A stretch of DNA of 64,000 nucleotides, taken from a virus. Where the stretch lies: IMG/VR virus record IMGVR_UViG_3300035670_012130, positions 42,126 to 106,125 of that record; one strand, given 5' to 3'. Made by a program: the position numbers and the translations under genes. The notes beneath the pieces are model-generated. The model was not told the DNA's origin, did no database searches, and saw nothing but the letters and a program-made list of their open reading frames with translations. Below, piece by piece: positions 38,201-46,495 of the stretch. Position 1 is the first letter of the stretch, and each line of letters begins with the position of its first letter.

Positions 38201-39680
38201 TTATGACCCAGAAGATGGATCAGATATAACATTTGAATGGTCAATTGATGGTGTAAAGTCAGGATACAATTCAACTTTTGTCAATAAATTTAATACAATT
38301 GGAATATTTGCTGTAAGTTTGGTTGTTTATGATACGCAAAAATTATCTTCAACTCCGGCAACTAATTTAGGAAATAGATATTCTGTAAATGTAAATGTTT
38401 CTGCTGCTCAAAATCCTTTAGCAAATAAATTATTCTCATCAGGACAAGCGTTAAATGGAGCGATAGCAAGTGGTTCTAATACACCAAATAGATATGGTTT
38501 TGAACTAGTTGATGATACAAAACAATACACTATAATTGAAAGTGGTCTTTACCATACATTTGCTGTTGATGTAGATGGAAAACTTTATGCAAGTGGGTCA
38601 AATAGTAATGGTCAACTTGGTTTCCCATCAAATATTACTCAATTAAATTCTTTGACTTTAGTACCTTTAGCATCCAAATACAAAGTCATCAAAGTTTCTG
38701 CTGGAGATTATTGCTCGGCTATAATTGTAGAAGATACAACTATTAGCAAAAGAGTTTTATTGGTTTGTGGTTCTAATATAAATGGAATTTTTGGTCAAGC
38801 ATTACCAAAAACAAATATATATAGTTTTCAGCCTATTATTGAAAGAGGTTATAATTTTATCGGACCAAGTTACACATCAAATAATGGCTTACTTGATGTA
38901 TCTTGCAATTCTTATATTCTTGCCTTTACTGATAATAAACAAGTATGGGTAGCTGGAAATCATGGATATACAAACAAAAATGGAATAGTTGATACTGGCT
39001 TTTTCCCTATTAATATAGATCCTAATCCAGATTTGCAACTTGTAAGTACAAATTATCTCAACCCATTCAAATTAGAAGTTGGATTTAATAATGAGTCAGG
39101 TTTTGTAACTGGACTTGGATACGATATTGATAGTCAAATAGTATGGTTCTCAGGATTATCTACTTTGAGAGGTTGGGGATATGCTTATGATATATCAACA
39201 TATGAAAATAGCATTGTAGTGATTACAGCATCACAAGATCCATATTATGATCACGCAATTTACCTGTATTTCTTTTCATCAAGTGAAGTTCCTCAATTTA
39301 ACGTTAGCGCAGGATTAGCATCTGACTTAAATCCTGGTGAAAATTTCTTAAGAGTATCAACGGGTAAATTTGGATATTTAGCTTTATCTGAAAGACTTTT
39401 TTATCCTTATGGTCTTAATGATTTTGGACAACTCGGATATGTTCAATCGGTTTCAAGCTCAAATTCTTTAAATTTACAATATGGTCATGGCTCTGGAATA
39501 GTTCTGCCTAATATGAGTGTAAAAGAAATATCTGATATTTCTGCTGGTGGAAATCATTCAATAATCTTAGCATCTAATGTAAGACCATCATCATATTCAT
39601 TTACAATCACTAAACCAGGTGGATATGCTACAGATCCTCAATATCCAACTGCTTATCCAATTAATCAAATAGCCCAGTAA
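29295..39680 (+). CDS. Giant virion protein with about 14 tandem PKD (Ig-like) domains and C-terminal RCC1-like repeats
   Basis: Repeated PxA...WxFGDG...HTY..G.Y.VxLTVTD; IESGLYHTFAV...GSNSNGQLG, VSAGDYCS, ISAGGNHS. Confidence 0.85.
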   Translation: MATYKIDRSSSLQSTGKFKFDYQINVIGDDLFAGFSNIYNTISAGAFPKFTLKGTTFSLYVGDTPPNTVGGDAKPEGHPWADRGGFYGFGNFLDSGRKLLKIPITFQIQCEGAILLPNGSADKDYYETIILYTEPYDFINKPNKSASGSIEGEFFVGLGTNEFVDIDEYYPSENYFIGSPVCPDNEDEFWKNKDLTQETVRQWPKYTSLNWYESVDPKTKSYVGIKIKFTNPKGQLTTYTKTFLIQNPLLLDIESQDKKFINAWTTVSSNSGYISISSNIPVDSGDQDFVKKEHSQCDTQNYNLTAFPGASASDNPKCTATIDLESDPPRKVTFESKTFDWNNTHTDPLTAYIVGFNSDGKNRKKFRNTNRLIPLPTYATITTNSGNVGLIEQTYRYNFGSIQVREADGLSASSKVIDFNNQQKWIYGLVDTVKSKEPLDDLESPPKNYDFPIKFVRSADGCYDINETNRELTLDKYDFPGSVPLPLRGWKFNSMSLTQNKEFIIEGTGNVRFYNGSKGEPHFYGNQNLSGYRYLEIELKSLGQLQSGNLIITETSKGPTLQSSSKIESTKSFKIQTDSSTYKTLRIDLCNPDNKIDNVDNQDSPYPRLNTYTTSKPQTTSPFGYLSKENNPKDNFIITKPNINSESLNWITDDIKQKIKNSGIVYLTDSNDNTVDYFEVNTSAFPKTGIGTNVIFGKPRVNNGKIKLAKPWNGNIPDISRKELFVYIVKNDLTNGKTIDDLLNRSSDGTYPDEFEVYDFDPGLPDISEVVSKTTFDFTDGAGIIYINPIPSYENNQITPYDGIEVEDKTKNLVKSYKIVDYVNDIANTGKAYFTVQIPNDYNTNNKFSIGSTIKLKFLDNFSDDRFNSIIVKFNKVEKYQNFYRAQIEYAKLDKNSPPDYEGIPKLKNNQTFILSANAPIITVKPVRLVEKTFPISTILNTNLIANSPSGPEINAIDDAPEDEASNGPYYGISRISKIEIDNEQLVLGQAKLIRNNSLSNFVASGNNNTFVEKTKYQASSTSETQYYTRRFWQQNTDGRDEEEGDITWQNIITSNLDYWTLSPKSISGLCDDITKIDSYVNPRWLDPNNSEAKIIRHPGWQAKKFDKSYPTDPITGNRIYGNKLDPEYLNSDTGYATWVYGNGLLALPSGKNSGSGTSYVNAINISFNDLQTILAQTIFHRINGNFPPGKPDLFGNSSLRNEDGTVQESTLHLRGGFIARGPGYGLILPPQKSTADNLRKANLIEVSSKLNKGSSESDAKGYFETGSVYGKNKIDHYIELEKSKNFTTPSDFRSSTRNFSQAKRERAAYKGGKQSVATNISACESGFEKSIVIAYTIPTTKPGEENQTAIIQTDSFFTQQYEKYPVGYNTITGSGVTIKGEFPFVLGSETHINQAFRVNTFLLTERNSNTKATSSHDYESLIAANTDMRNKLSWYPFIDGQSKIDANFSTLSKAFKGTKYNSYAISDQAPQLFNVGYADPGAIVFRSISLSTTNINAPVTDKTIFIDGVAPTYISDFRLIEPITSSGIAYSSFPTVAQISSREYIVAYSMNANPRQINFKIISNYQAQNKNTLFDLDALTGNTLSDQYNIYGLTSDYDERLGLHRSVFWCNGGIYYFEYALSSSNLGQKRSDKLHLIKGKLDEALVTELSNRNNIVTYYDANSELNAEVPKQKPALITCKKQEYNGKVFVAYDTGKCYIEAVLFHPFSKILGTRKFDIECVNDSGSNLKDTTPIADIQADPTSGQSALLVNFLSTNSYDPGGSTLTYAWNFGDETQSTEENPSHTFVNNTTTPIEFKVTLIVTNTSGVSSDPATITITVNPAPVNNLSPQAKFSATPTSGDVILTVSFSDQSNPANDGSFIQIYEWDFGDGNTAIKFDNVPFTYDYTKVGSFTPTLFVKDNLARLSSKYFGPTINVNGVPNNPPSPDFKWAQTSFTPTLKVQFTDTSSDVEGSLVAWHWDFGDSQTADVQNPEHIYASAGTYLVVLTVTDSGGLKESVAIQITVVPPGNNPPIANFSFSQQNRKLVIDFVDTSLDTDGTITTWNWNFGDNSTDTVQNPSHTYLSAGTYQVTLTVTDNGGKSGSITKNVIVNPLINQSPTISNITGTQTSFKPLIGKFTETSSDPDGFITKWDWNFGDGHTFSTTDSALKNPSNTYLFPGTYTVSLTVTDDGLPDGTNKKTATSSIQFVVEPPPANQPPVALFTVDANNVLAPATILFTDLSTDSDGQIISWLWEFESGSTLFYNSQTYQKTVSHTFTRSGTYPIRLTVTDDGNLKNTYILDVVVKNNAPVAIISAFPNPVLSKTQVNFFGNTSYDSDGNITKYAWNFGDGTVISQGRTTESHTYLKPGTYQASLTVTDNTGDSSTANLLINVANRNPVARITYTTLTVKAPGSLTFNGDTSTDEDGIIASYSWSVAGSVVASTPNTTINFATEGTYVVSLTVTDDFGATNTSSFSVSVTPPDNILPLAVLSVDKNSGVINDTFVFNVSESRDPDGSIILYQLDFGDGTSTQFVNSAPISHVYKTVGSYTAKLTVTDNRNGISLETTNSIKIITINNQPPVASFSYSPVGAFTFDPITFTDNSSDPENALSRWSWDYGDGTNFTTTDPLQKNPTKSYNKGNRNYTVSLTVYDNFGLSNTISQIVSINNRKPFAVISTNSTPRNNVITGIAPFTVIFDSNSYDLDGTVVNYEWYINGLVGTPFTTKSFTYTFSTARFTPYSVTLRVQDDDGVWSDLTNIGVKVNAPNVPPVAVISANPQSNTSFAPISVTFSAAGSYDPDNIGGPLIYSWDFGNGNVSDQTIAATTYNNPGTYKVYLTVTDNLGATNTATLDYIVKNNKPVALLDTLPSGIVSIRVNTPIVFTSSGSYDSDANQFINGYKWLKDGINQNSNTPTFETSFDSIGNHTITLSVFDNLGLESNTVNKTIFVFQDPAPPPPNQNPIAILGNEPSVSGYIELKVGDSFTFNGSNSYDPEDGSDITFEWSIDGVKSGYNSTFVNKFNTIGIFAVSLVVYDTQKLSSTPATNLGNRYSVNVNVSAAQNPLANKLFSSGQALNGAIASGSNTPNRYGFELVDDTKQYTIIESGLYHTFAVDVDGKLYASGSNSNGQLGFPSNITQLNSLTLVPLASKYKVIKVSAGDYCSAIIVEDTTISKRVLLVCGSNINGIFGQALPKTNIYSFQPIIERGYNFIGPSYTSNNGLLDVSCNSYILAFTDNKQVWVAGNHGYTNKNGIVDTGFFPINIDPNPDLQLVSTNYLNPFKLEVGFNNESGFVTGLGYDIDSQIVWFSGLSTLRGWGYAYDISTYENSIVVITASQDPYYDHAIYLYFFSSSEVPQFNVSAGLASDLNPGENFLRVSTGKFGYLALSERLFYPYGLNDFGQLGYVQSVSSSNSLNLQYGHGSGIVLPNMSVKEISDISAGGNHSIILASNVRPSSYSFTITKPGGYATDPQYPTAYPINQIAQ
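34485..38405 (+). repeat. Tandem PKD-domain array (about 14 diverged copies)
   Basis: Cores counted by eye: YAWNFGD, YEWDFGD, WHWDFGD, WNWNFGD, WDWNFGD, WLWEFES, YAWNFGD, YSWSVAG, YQLDFGD, WSWDYGD, YEWYING, YSWDFGN, YKWLKDG, FEWSIDG. Confidence 0.85.
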
Positions 39681-39703
39681 AGGTGTAAACCCTTTTTATT
39701 TTT
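39679..39703 (+). terminator. Possible weak intrinsic terminator
   Basis: AAAGG-tgtaaac-CCTTT followed by a T-rich tract directly after the stop codon. Confidence 0.4.
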
Positions 39704-39709
39704 TATAAT
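39704..39709 (+). promoter_or_regulatory. -10 element TATAAT six bases before the ATG
   Basis: TATAAT-attaat-ATG(39716); no Shine-Dalgarno. Confidence 0.6.
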
Positions 39710-39715
39710 ATTAAT

Positions 39716-42598
39716 ATGAACCTTTCCCCAGACCCAAGACAACTAAAAACAAAAGTCACTTTGAGTATTATGAATGCTCCTGAAAGTGGATTTTTTTCTG
39801 GGGAATATACTGCTAGTACTGCTACAAAGTCACAAGACAACTTAAATGTTTTGAATTATGATTTTGAACCAACTTATACTTATGCAGATGGCACAACAGA
39901 ACCAAAATATAGTAGCAGATTAAAGGTAATTTCTTCTTTACAAAATGCTAGAATTCCAGAGATCAATACAGCTATAAGTGCATCATCTTGTACATTTGCA
40001 TTTGGTGCTATTGTTCCCGGAGAAGTGGATCCTGTGCTAAATAAGTTGAAAGGTCCAGCAGAAGGATATAACCCAAATTTTGTTGATAGTCCAATTCAAG
40101 GTAGTGTGCAGTCACAACCTGAAAAATTTGATGATTTTACTCAACACGTACCTAAAATTCCATTTACTAATAATGGAAATGTATTAACTACTTACAATAT
40201 TTGGCATTTAGTTGATGGTGCCAGGGATGCATATAAATATATAGGACCAGCTATCTCTGGAGTAAATACTGGCACTCTAAGAACTGTTAAAGATCCTGTC
40301 AATGGTGCGCAAGTTGAAGTTACTTCTGAGAAAACGAATACAACAATCAAAAGAATTTTTCCTACTTCTTATGACGCTGTTTATCAAAATGATGCTGTAA
40401 TTTACAATCCTGATGGTACTTCAGAGCCTATAAAAGCAAGAGGAAACTATGGCAATAATGGTTTTCATATTAACTTTTCAGCAAGCAATATGCAACAAAA
40501 TTCTTCAGCCATAAAAATCGCAATAAGACCACAAGTTGCAAATAATAATTATATCAATGATTTTTTTATTGAATTTAAAATAGATAGCAAGCCTGTTTTA
40601 AAAATATTTGATCCATATAGCCAGTCTTACATAGTTCAAACAGATTTGATAGCTCCTGTTTTAGACAAGACTAATATGAATTCTTATGACGTGTATGTAC
40701 ATTTTGTTGGGCCAAATCTGTTAGTTGGTTTTAGTCCAGACATTACAAGATGGAATACAGTTATCAATTTAAGTGGCAGAGAAGTGTTTTGCCCACCTTT
40801 AACTGATATTTTTATATCCTTGTCAAATACTAATGTGAAGTTCAGATATTCTGCAATAATTTTTAATAATTTCAATAATAATCAGCCCAAAAATTCAACT
40901 AAAAATTATATAACAGCAGAATTTAAATATTCAAAGAAAAAAATTCCAACAATCTCAACATTTCTAGAAAAAGTTCAAGATTCTTTCGAAAAATCATCAT
41001 ATAGAATAAATGGCTTTCCACAAAACACTGGATATAATTCTGCCAACCCATTAGATAAAAATATTTCATATTTTGCAGATTTGCGCTTAAATCAAGCCCA
41101 ATTTGCAAAAATAACTGAATATACAACACCACCTCTGACAAGTGCAGATCCTGATAAACAAACCCTTTATTTCAAAATTAGATATAATTGTACGATTGAA
41201 GGTCCAGCATTTTTACAAATTGAAATTCCACATCCAGGAGTATTAGCAACGGTATTTCCTGATTTGGGAAGTGGCAGTGCAAACGCAGGTGATTATAAAT
41301 TTATCAATCCTCAGCTGAATCAATTGTTTTACGATGTGGGAGACATAACATCTTGGGTCGAAAGTTGGTCTGTAAACTGCACAGCAGAGCTTTCCAATTT
41401 ATCAAAAATTAGTAAAACTGCAAACATTGTCTTAAAAAATATTGATTCTTTAGAAGGTCAAAAGTTTATCAACGCAATTGAAAATAACTTGTTGTGTGTA
41501 TCTATAGACGCAGGTTATGTACAGGGTAATTTGTATCCATACTTTCAAGGTTTTATCACAAGCACATCATATTCTAGGAAAGGTAACGATAGTACATTTA
41601 CCTTAACTTGCCAAGATATAGCATCTTTTGTTTTAGAGAATTTATATTTTGATAAAAATATGATGATAGCTGGTATGAGACATGACTTAGCAATTGATTC
41701 TATAATGGCTACTTCAGGATTTTGGTCATACTATATAAGAAATAATTCTGATTTACAAAATGGAGGTTCAATTTATGGAATTGATTTAAGATTGAATAGT
41801 AATTCAACAAATAATCAAGATCTTATAAAATTAAATCCTCTTGATAAGATTTATGAAAAATTAGGTAAGCTTTTAGAAAGATTGAATAATCCTTATTCTC
41901 TTCCAACATTCAGATGGGCGGAAAGATATGGGTTTAAATTAGAATGTAGAAACAACTATATAGATAATGATTTGAAATTTACTGGATTAAATGCAGCTGG
42001 CACAGCTTACATTTTTAACAGTAACGCATCAAACACAAATAATTATATAAATAATTTTCAATCAGATATACACGGCTTACTTGTTGATGATTACACAATT
42101 AAAACAGATGTTAAAGGCCTTGCTGCAGGAGTTAGAGTTTTTGGCACAGCTATGACTGGTTTTTTAGCTGACGAAAGATATTCTCCAGGATCTGTATCTA
42201 TTCAAAATTTACCAATCCAATCTCAAATAGATTTATTGGGATATTTGCAAAATGCTCCATTCAATTCAGCACAAGCTCCTTATGTTGGGTTCAAGAAATA
42301 TTTGATGTGGTCTATGCAAAGAAATGAAATTCCTGATCAGCAAGTGCTAAAGAGAGTTACAGATAGTATAGAGTTAGTTTCTAAAACACCAATAAGTTCA
42401 ATTAATTTCCAGTGCTATGTTGCTAAGCCCCTAAGTTTTCACGGTAAATTTTTGATTAATGTTTTCCAAGGGCAGACAGTTAATTCAACTGATCAATATG
42501 TATATACAAATGTTGATTACAGTTATAATAAATCCAACAATCTTATCACAGCAAGCGTTCAGGGAACTAACATGCCAATATCATTAGGAGGAGTATAA
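39716..42598 (+). CDS. Putative baseplate hub/tail-tip protein
   Basis: VESWSVN...ANIVLKN...VSIDAGY...YFQGFIT...FTLTCQD is a hub-like beta pattern. Confidence 0.55.
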   Translation: MNLSPDPRQLKTKVTLSIMNAPESGFFSGEYTASTATKSQDNLNVLNYDFEPTYTYADGTTEPKYSSRLKVISSLQNARIPEINTAISASSCTFAFGAIVPGEVDPVLNKLKGPAEGYNPNFVDSPIQGSVQSQPEKFDDFTQHVPKIPFTNNGNVLTTYNIWHLVDGARDAYKYIGPAISGVNTGTLRTVKDPVNGAQVEVTSEKTNTTIKRIFPTSYDAVYQNDAVIYNPDGTSEPIKARGNYGNNGFHINFSASNMQQNSSAIKIAIRPQVANNNYINDFFIEFKIDSKPVLKIFDPYSQSYIVQTDLIAPVLDKTNMNSYDVYVHFVGPNLLVGFSPDITRWNTVINLSGREVFCPPLTDIFISLSNTNVKFRYSAIIFNNFNNNQPKNSTKNYITAEFKYSKKKIPTISTFLEKVQDSFEKSSYRINGFPQNTGYNSANPLDKNISYFADLRLNQAQFAKITEYTTPPLTSADPDKQTLYFKIRYNCTIEGPAFLQIEIPHPGVLATVFPDLGSGSANAGDYKFINPQLNQLFYDVGDITSWVESWSVNCTAELSNLSKISKTANIVLKNIDSLEGQKFINAIENNLLCVSIDAGYVQGNLYPYFQGFITSTSYSRKGNDSTFTLTCQDIASFVLENLYFDKNMMIAGMRHDLAIDSIMATSGFWSYYIRNNSDLQNGGSIYGIDLRLNSNSTNNQDLIKLNPLDKIYEKLGKLLERLNNPYSLPTFRWAERYGFKLECRNNYIDNDLKFTGLNAAGTAYIFNSNASNTNNYINNFQSDIHGLLVDDYTIKTDVKGLAAGVRVFGTAMTGFLADERYSPGSVSIQNLPIQSQIDLLGYLQNAPFNSAQAPYVGFKKYLMWSMQRNEIPDQQVLKRVTDSIELVSKTPISSINFQCYVAKPLSFHGKFLINVFQGQTVNSTDQYVYTNVDYSYNKSNNLITASVQGTNMPISLGGV

Positions 42599-42599
42599 A

Positions 42600-42827
42600 A
42601 TGCCTTTATTTCAATCTCTTTCATTTGTAATAAATGATCAAATTAGACAAAATACAATAAATATGCAAAGTGGTTTGACTTTAAGATCTAATGTCACGCA
42701 AGCTTTACAAGTCATTAATGTTAATAAAAATAATATAATAGAAGAACAAGATGTTTTACGCTGGGGATATGCTAACTGGGGCGTAGAAAAAGTAACATCA
42801 GAATATAAACCACAAGAAATTAAATAA
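42600..42827 (+). CDS. Small hypothetical protein
   Basis: AGGAGGAG ribosome-binding site; TAATG coupling to the next gene. Confidence 0.7.
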   Translation: MPLFQSLSFVINDQIRQNTINMQSGLTLRSNVTQALQVINVNKNNIIEEQDVLRWGYANWGVEKVTSEYKPQEIK

Positions 42828-45800
42828 TGGGAAATACACCAATTTATGGGTTTGGATATATTGAACCAAACCAAGACCTTTCAGAAAATATTGATTTAGA
42901 TGAGCTTCGCTTTAAGGCCATTGAAAATCAAATGTATAATCTTTATCAAATTTTTAAGAATGGCATTATTGAAGAAGATCCATTAGTTCCATCTTGGCGT
43001 ATTCAAACTTTCTCAAATGAATTTAAATTAACAAAAATTACAATCACTTCTGGAAAAGGCTTTGTTTCTTATAAAGCTGCAAACACAACAGCATCTAAAG
43101 ATATATCTTTACCAACAATTCCTACAACAGTTGGAACTTCAAAAGTTTATGTTTATGCATACGAAAATGCAAACACAGCTATAAATGGTGATGTTGATTT
43201 TGTCGCATCATTGACTCAAATAAATGACACAGTAAATTATATTTCATTAGGTTATCTTGAAATTGATGTTGCCAACAATCTTATAAGTTTATTTGAAACA
43301 ACTAGACAGGATATAACTTTATTTTCTTCTCTTTCATATTTGATAAAAAATCATAAACATATTGGTGGAACTGGTAATCCTTCTCCAATTGATTTATCTT
43401 TAGAAGTAAAAAATCAATTAACAAGTGAAAATATAAATTCTGTTGATGCTGCAAAAATTACAACAGGTATTTTGGATTCAGCAAGACTTCCAACAATCAA
43501 CCATAGTAATTTAGAGAATAAAGGCAATCTTACTCATGATCAATTAGAAACAGCTTTGTTGGCTGTCGTTAATAATGATGCTAATGACAAGATGTCTGAT
43601 CTTTCTATAGCAAATAGATTACAGATGTTGGTTGCTTTGAAAAAATCTGGTGGAGTAGGATTTACATTTATTGATTCAACACAAATCAATACTCTTACAT
43701 ATGTTCCAGGCATTTTTCCAAACACTTCGACAAATTCTTCTACTGGTAATTCTGCCAATTTTGCTCAAACTACATCAGTTCCAAGTCAATATACATTGGC
43801 AACAATATACGATACAGATCCAAATACATCAGGCTCAGGAATTAGTGGATCTGTTACTTCAAGCAGTTTTGTAGGAGATAAATCTTTTGTAGTTCAGAAT
43901 GATTTCTTGCAAGCAAAAACAGTAGCATCTTCTCTTGGATCTACAAATAATACATTCTTTAGCAATATTAGTATTTCAGGCTCAGCAACAACAGGAAGTT
44001 TCACGATTGACACTCCTTTGAATTACCTGACCCTTTCACAGCCAGTATCGAGTATTTTCGACACAACTGGATCTTGGGATACTGGATTAGTTTTCACAAC
44101 CACTTATGTTTCTAATAAAGTCAAGGTTGATACAAGTTTATATGCATACACTTTATTCAATCAACCAGTTTCATTAGACTTTGATTCTAAAGTTGGGTTT
44201 GGTTTCTCTGCAGGTCTTGGAGAAACAGGAGCAGCTTTAGGTAAAATTTATATGTTCTTGGTTGTTGGAAATGGAAGTACAGATCCTAATTTACAATATG
44301 ATCAAAAGATTGATTTTGCTCCTAATACTGGCACTGGCTCATCTGCAATTTACATATCCCCAGCCACTAACGTAAAGATATTTGATGATACTACTTATGG
44401 ATTTACAGGTTCAACTGCAACTTATTCCTCTGTAAACTTATCGGATTTTGGTGATAGTAGCTTAAAATCTTCTGTGTTAGGATTTGGTTTTTACTTTTCA
44501 ACAGATCAGGGTTGGAATGCTGAAAAGCAAACCAAGTTTGAATTACTTACTCCAACAGATGCACAAATCAATACTTTAGGCAACAATGATAGTCTAGTTC
44601 TTGCTAGACGCAACCCAACCGATCAAACATCAGCTGTATTTACGTGGAATGATCAATACAGATATAAGAATGCTAATTTCTTATTAAGATTTGATTCTGG
44701 AGATTCAAATACTCAATACAATCAAATTCAATATGACATAAATATACCTTCTGGCACTAAATATACTGTTCAAAGCAGATCAAATGTAAGTTCTGATTTA
44801 TTTTATAATTTGAAAACTCTTTCTGAGACAGATGTAATTATTGCAACACCCAATACAAACTCAAGCACTGGTAGATATTTTGATGTTTTATTTTCTTTGT
44901 ATGCAAATGAATTACAAAGTTTAGCTCCTACCGTAAATAGCTTGAGAGTAAATTATTCAACAGTAGGAAGTGCTACAACTAGATCTTATGATAGAAATTT
45001 CACTGACACTACTATTTCAAAGTTCGGTTGGGTAAGTGATGTTTATTACAATAAAAACGCTGGATATGGAGTTACAAACCCAGATGATACAAATTATTTA
45101 AAAATTTATGATACTTCCAATGTTGGAAATTGGGTTTACTTAAGAAACAACAACTTAATATCAGCATCAAGTAATGTTCTAGAGACAACTGTAGAAGATG
45201 GGATAGATTCTGGTACATTAAGAAATTATCTTACTCCAAATCAAATATTTTTAAAGTCTACAAATTATGGATTAGATACTCCTACTGATTATCAAACTTT
45301 GTCTACAGGGGGCAATATAATTTGCGACAGTAAAAATGACAGAATTATAATCACTGATATAGATGGAGTTTTTACAAAAGTAATTCAAGGCAATATACGA
45401 CTTAAGCTTACATCAAAAGATTTTGTTGCACTTTCTGCTTCTTTCAACCCTAACACAAGGAAGATTTATATTGCTTTTTCGCAAAATATATCATTTGTAG
45501 ATCTTACAAAAATTTACATCACATATGATAATATTTCTGTAAGAGGAGATGACACTAGACTCTCTAGTGAGTACCTTGAACCAATATTTGATTTTTCTGC
45601 TACTTATGTGTTTACTATCAAAGACACAGTAGAAGGTATTACCTTAAATACAGCTATTAGCAATGCTCTTACTAAAAAAGTTAGACTAGATAATGGATGT
45701 TTTACAAATGCAGGTAATTCTATAAATACCAACACATCACTATCGGCAACTGTACCAACTTCATCAGTATCTTCAGTAAACAGAACTCAACAATATGTTT

Positions 45801-46492
45801 CTGGTATTAGCACGTCCATTACAGGCACATCAACAGTTACAACAGGCCTACCTACAACTACAGCAACTGTAAATTCTGTATCAGATTATAATGGTGATGG
45901 TATAGTTTCCACATCTACTATGTATGGACCTAATTCACAAGTAGATAACATAATTTTGGATATGTGGCAAGGACCTATATATTTTGCCAATATTTACAAT
46001 CCAGTTTCAGTTCAATATGATGATACAAATTCACTCATTGTAATTGCTCAACCACATTCAAAATCAGTATTATGTTATTCGAACGATACAGATTTGACAC
46101 TAAAATGGGCAATTACATCAGATATTGTTAACTATTATGATAACAAACTTGGCTCTGCATATTTGCTTCCTAACGGAAATGTTCTTTTGGGTAGTCCAGC
46201 ATTAGATTCAACAGACACTGGTAAATTACAAGTTTACAATATTTCTAATGGATATATTGAAACAAAGCTTACATTTAACAATGATGTAGTAAAAGCTCTT
46301 CCTGGACCATCTACAGATTATTCTGATTTTTATGTATTGACTGATGATGTCATAAATTATGGCGAAAATTCAAGATTACATCTAGTAAATAATTCTGGAA
46401 CAATATTATCAACTTGGGGTGACAATAACGAGCTATTTCACCCTAAAGGTATGCGTATTATTTCAAATGACAATATTTTAGTATCGGAATAA
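42827..46492 (+). CDS. Tail fibre/baseplate-associated protein with C-terminal NHL-like propeller repeats
   Basis: HKHIGG..PSPIDL and DAAKITTGIL motifs; ICDSKNDRII, YNPVSV, LFHPKGM repeats; S/T-rich tract. Confidence 0.55.
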   Translation: MGNTPIYGFGYIEPNQDLSENIDLDELRFKAIENQMYNLYQIFKNGIIEEDPLVPSWRIQTFSNEFKLTKITITSGKGFVSYKAANTTASKDISLPTIPTTVGTSKVYVYAYENANTAINGDVDFVASLTQINDTVNYISLGYLEIDVANNLISLFETTRQDITLFSSLSYLIKNHKHIGGTGNPSPIDLSLEVKNQLTSENINSVDAAKITTGILDSARLPTINHSNLENKGNLTHDQLETALLAVVNNDANDKMSDLSIANRLQMLVALKKSGGVGFTFIDSTQINTLTYVPGIFPNTSTNSSTGNSANFAQTTSVPSQYTLATIYDTDPNTSGSGISGSVTSSSFVGDKSFVVQNDFLQAKTVASSLGSTNNTFFSNISISGSATTGSFTIDTPLNYLTLSQPVSSIFDTTGSWDTGLVFTTTYVSNKVKVDTSLYAYTLFNQPVSLDFDSKVGFGFSAGLGETGAALGKIYMFLVVGNGSTDPNLQYDQKIDFAPNTGTGSSAIYISPATNVKIFDDTTYGFTGSTATYSSVNLSDFGDSSLKSSVLGFGFYFSTDQGWNAEKQTKFELLTPTDAQINTLGNNDSLVLARRNPTDQTSAVFTWNDQYRYKNANFLLRFDSGDSNTQYNQIQYDINIPSGTKYTVQSRSNVSSDLFYNLKTLSETDVIIATPNTNSSTGRYFDVLFSLYANELQSLAPTVNSLRVNYSTVGSATTRSYDRNFTDTTISKFGWVSDVYYNKNAGYGVTNPDDTNYLKIYDTSNVGNWVYLRNNNLISASSNVLETTVEDGIDSGTLRNYLTPNQIFLKSTNYGLDTPTDYQTLSTGGNIICDSKNDRIIITDIDGVFTKVIQGNIRLKLTSKDFVALSASFNPNTRKIYIAFSQNISFVDLTKIYITYDNISVRGDDTRLSSEYLEPIFDFSATYVFTIKDTVEGITLNTAISNALTKKVRLDNGCFTNAGNSINTNTSLSATVPTSSVSSVNRTQQYVSGISTSITGTSTVTTGLPTTTATVNSVSDYNGDGIVSTSTMYGPNSQVDNIILDMWQGPIYFANIYNPVSVQYDDTNSLIVIAQPHSKSVLCYSNDTDLTLKWAITSDIVNYYDNKLGSAYLLPNGNVLLGSPALDSTDTGKLQVYNISNGYIETKLTFNNDVVKALPGPSTDYSDFYVLTDDVINYGENSRLHLVNNSGTILSTWGDNNELFHPKGMRIISNDNILVSE

Positions 46493-46495
46493 ATT

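Noticed and set aside
4510-42598. Bacterial extracellular contractile injection system or tailocin instead of a phage
   Set aside because: No sheath, recognisable spike or AAA ATPase gene, while a head-tail adaptor-like gene points to a capsid-bearing particle; not fully excluded without the flanking sequence.
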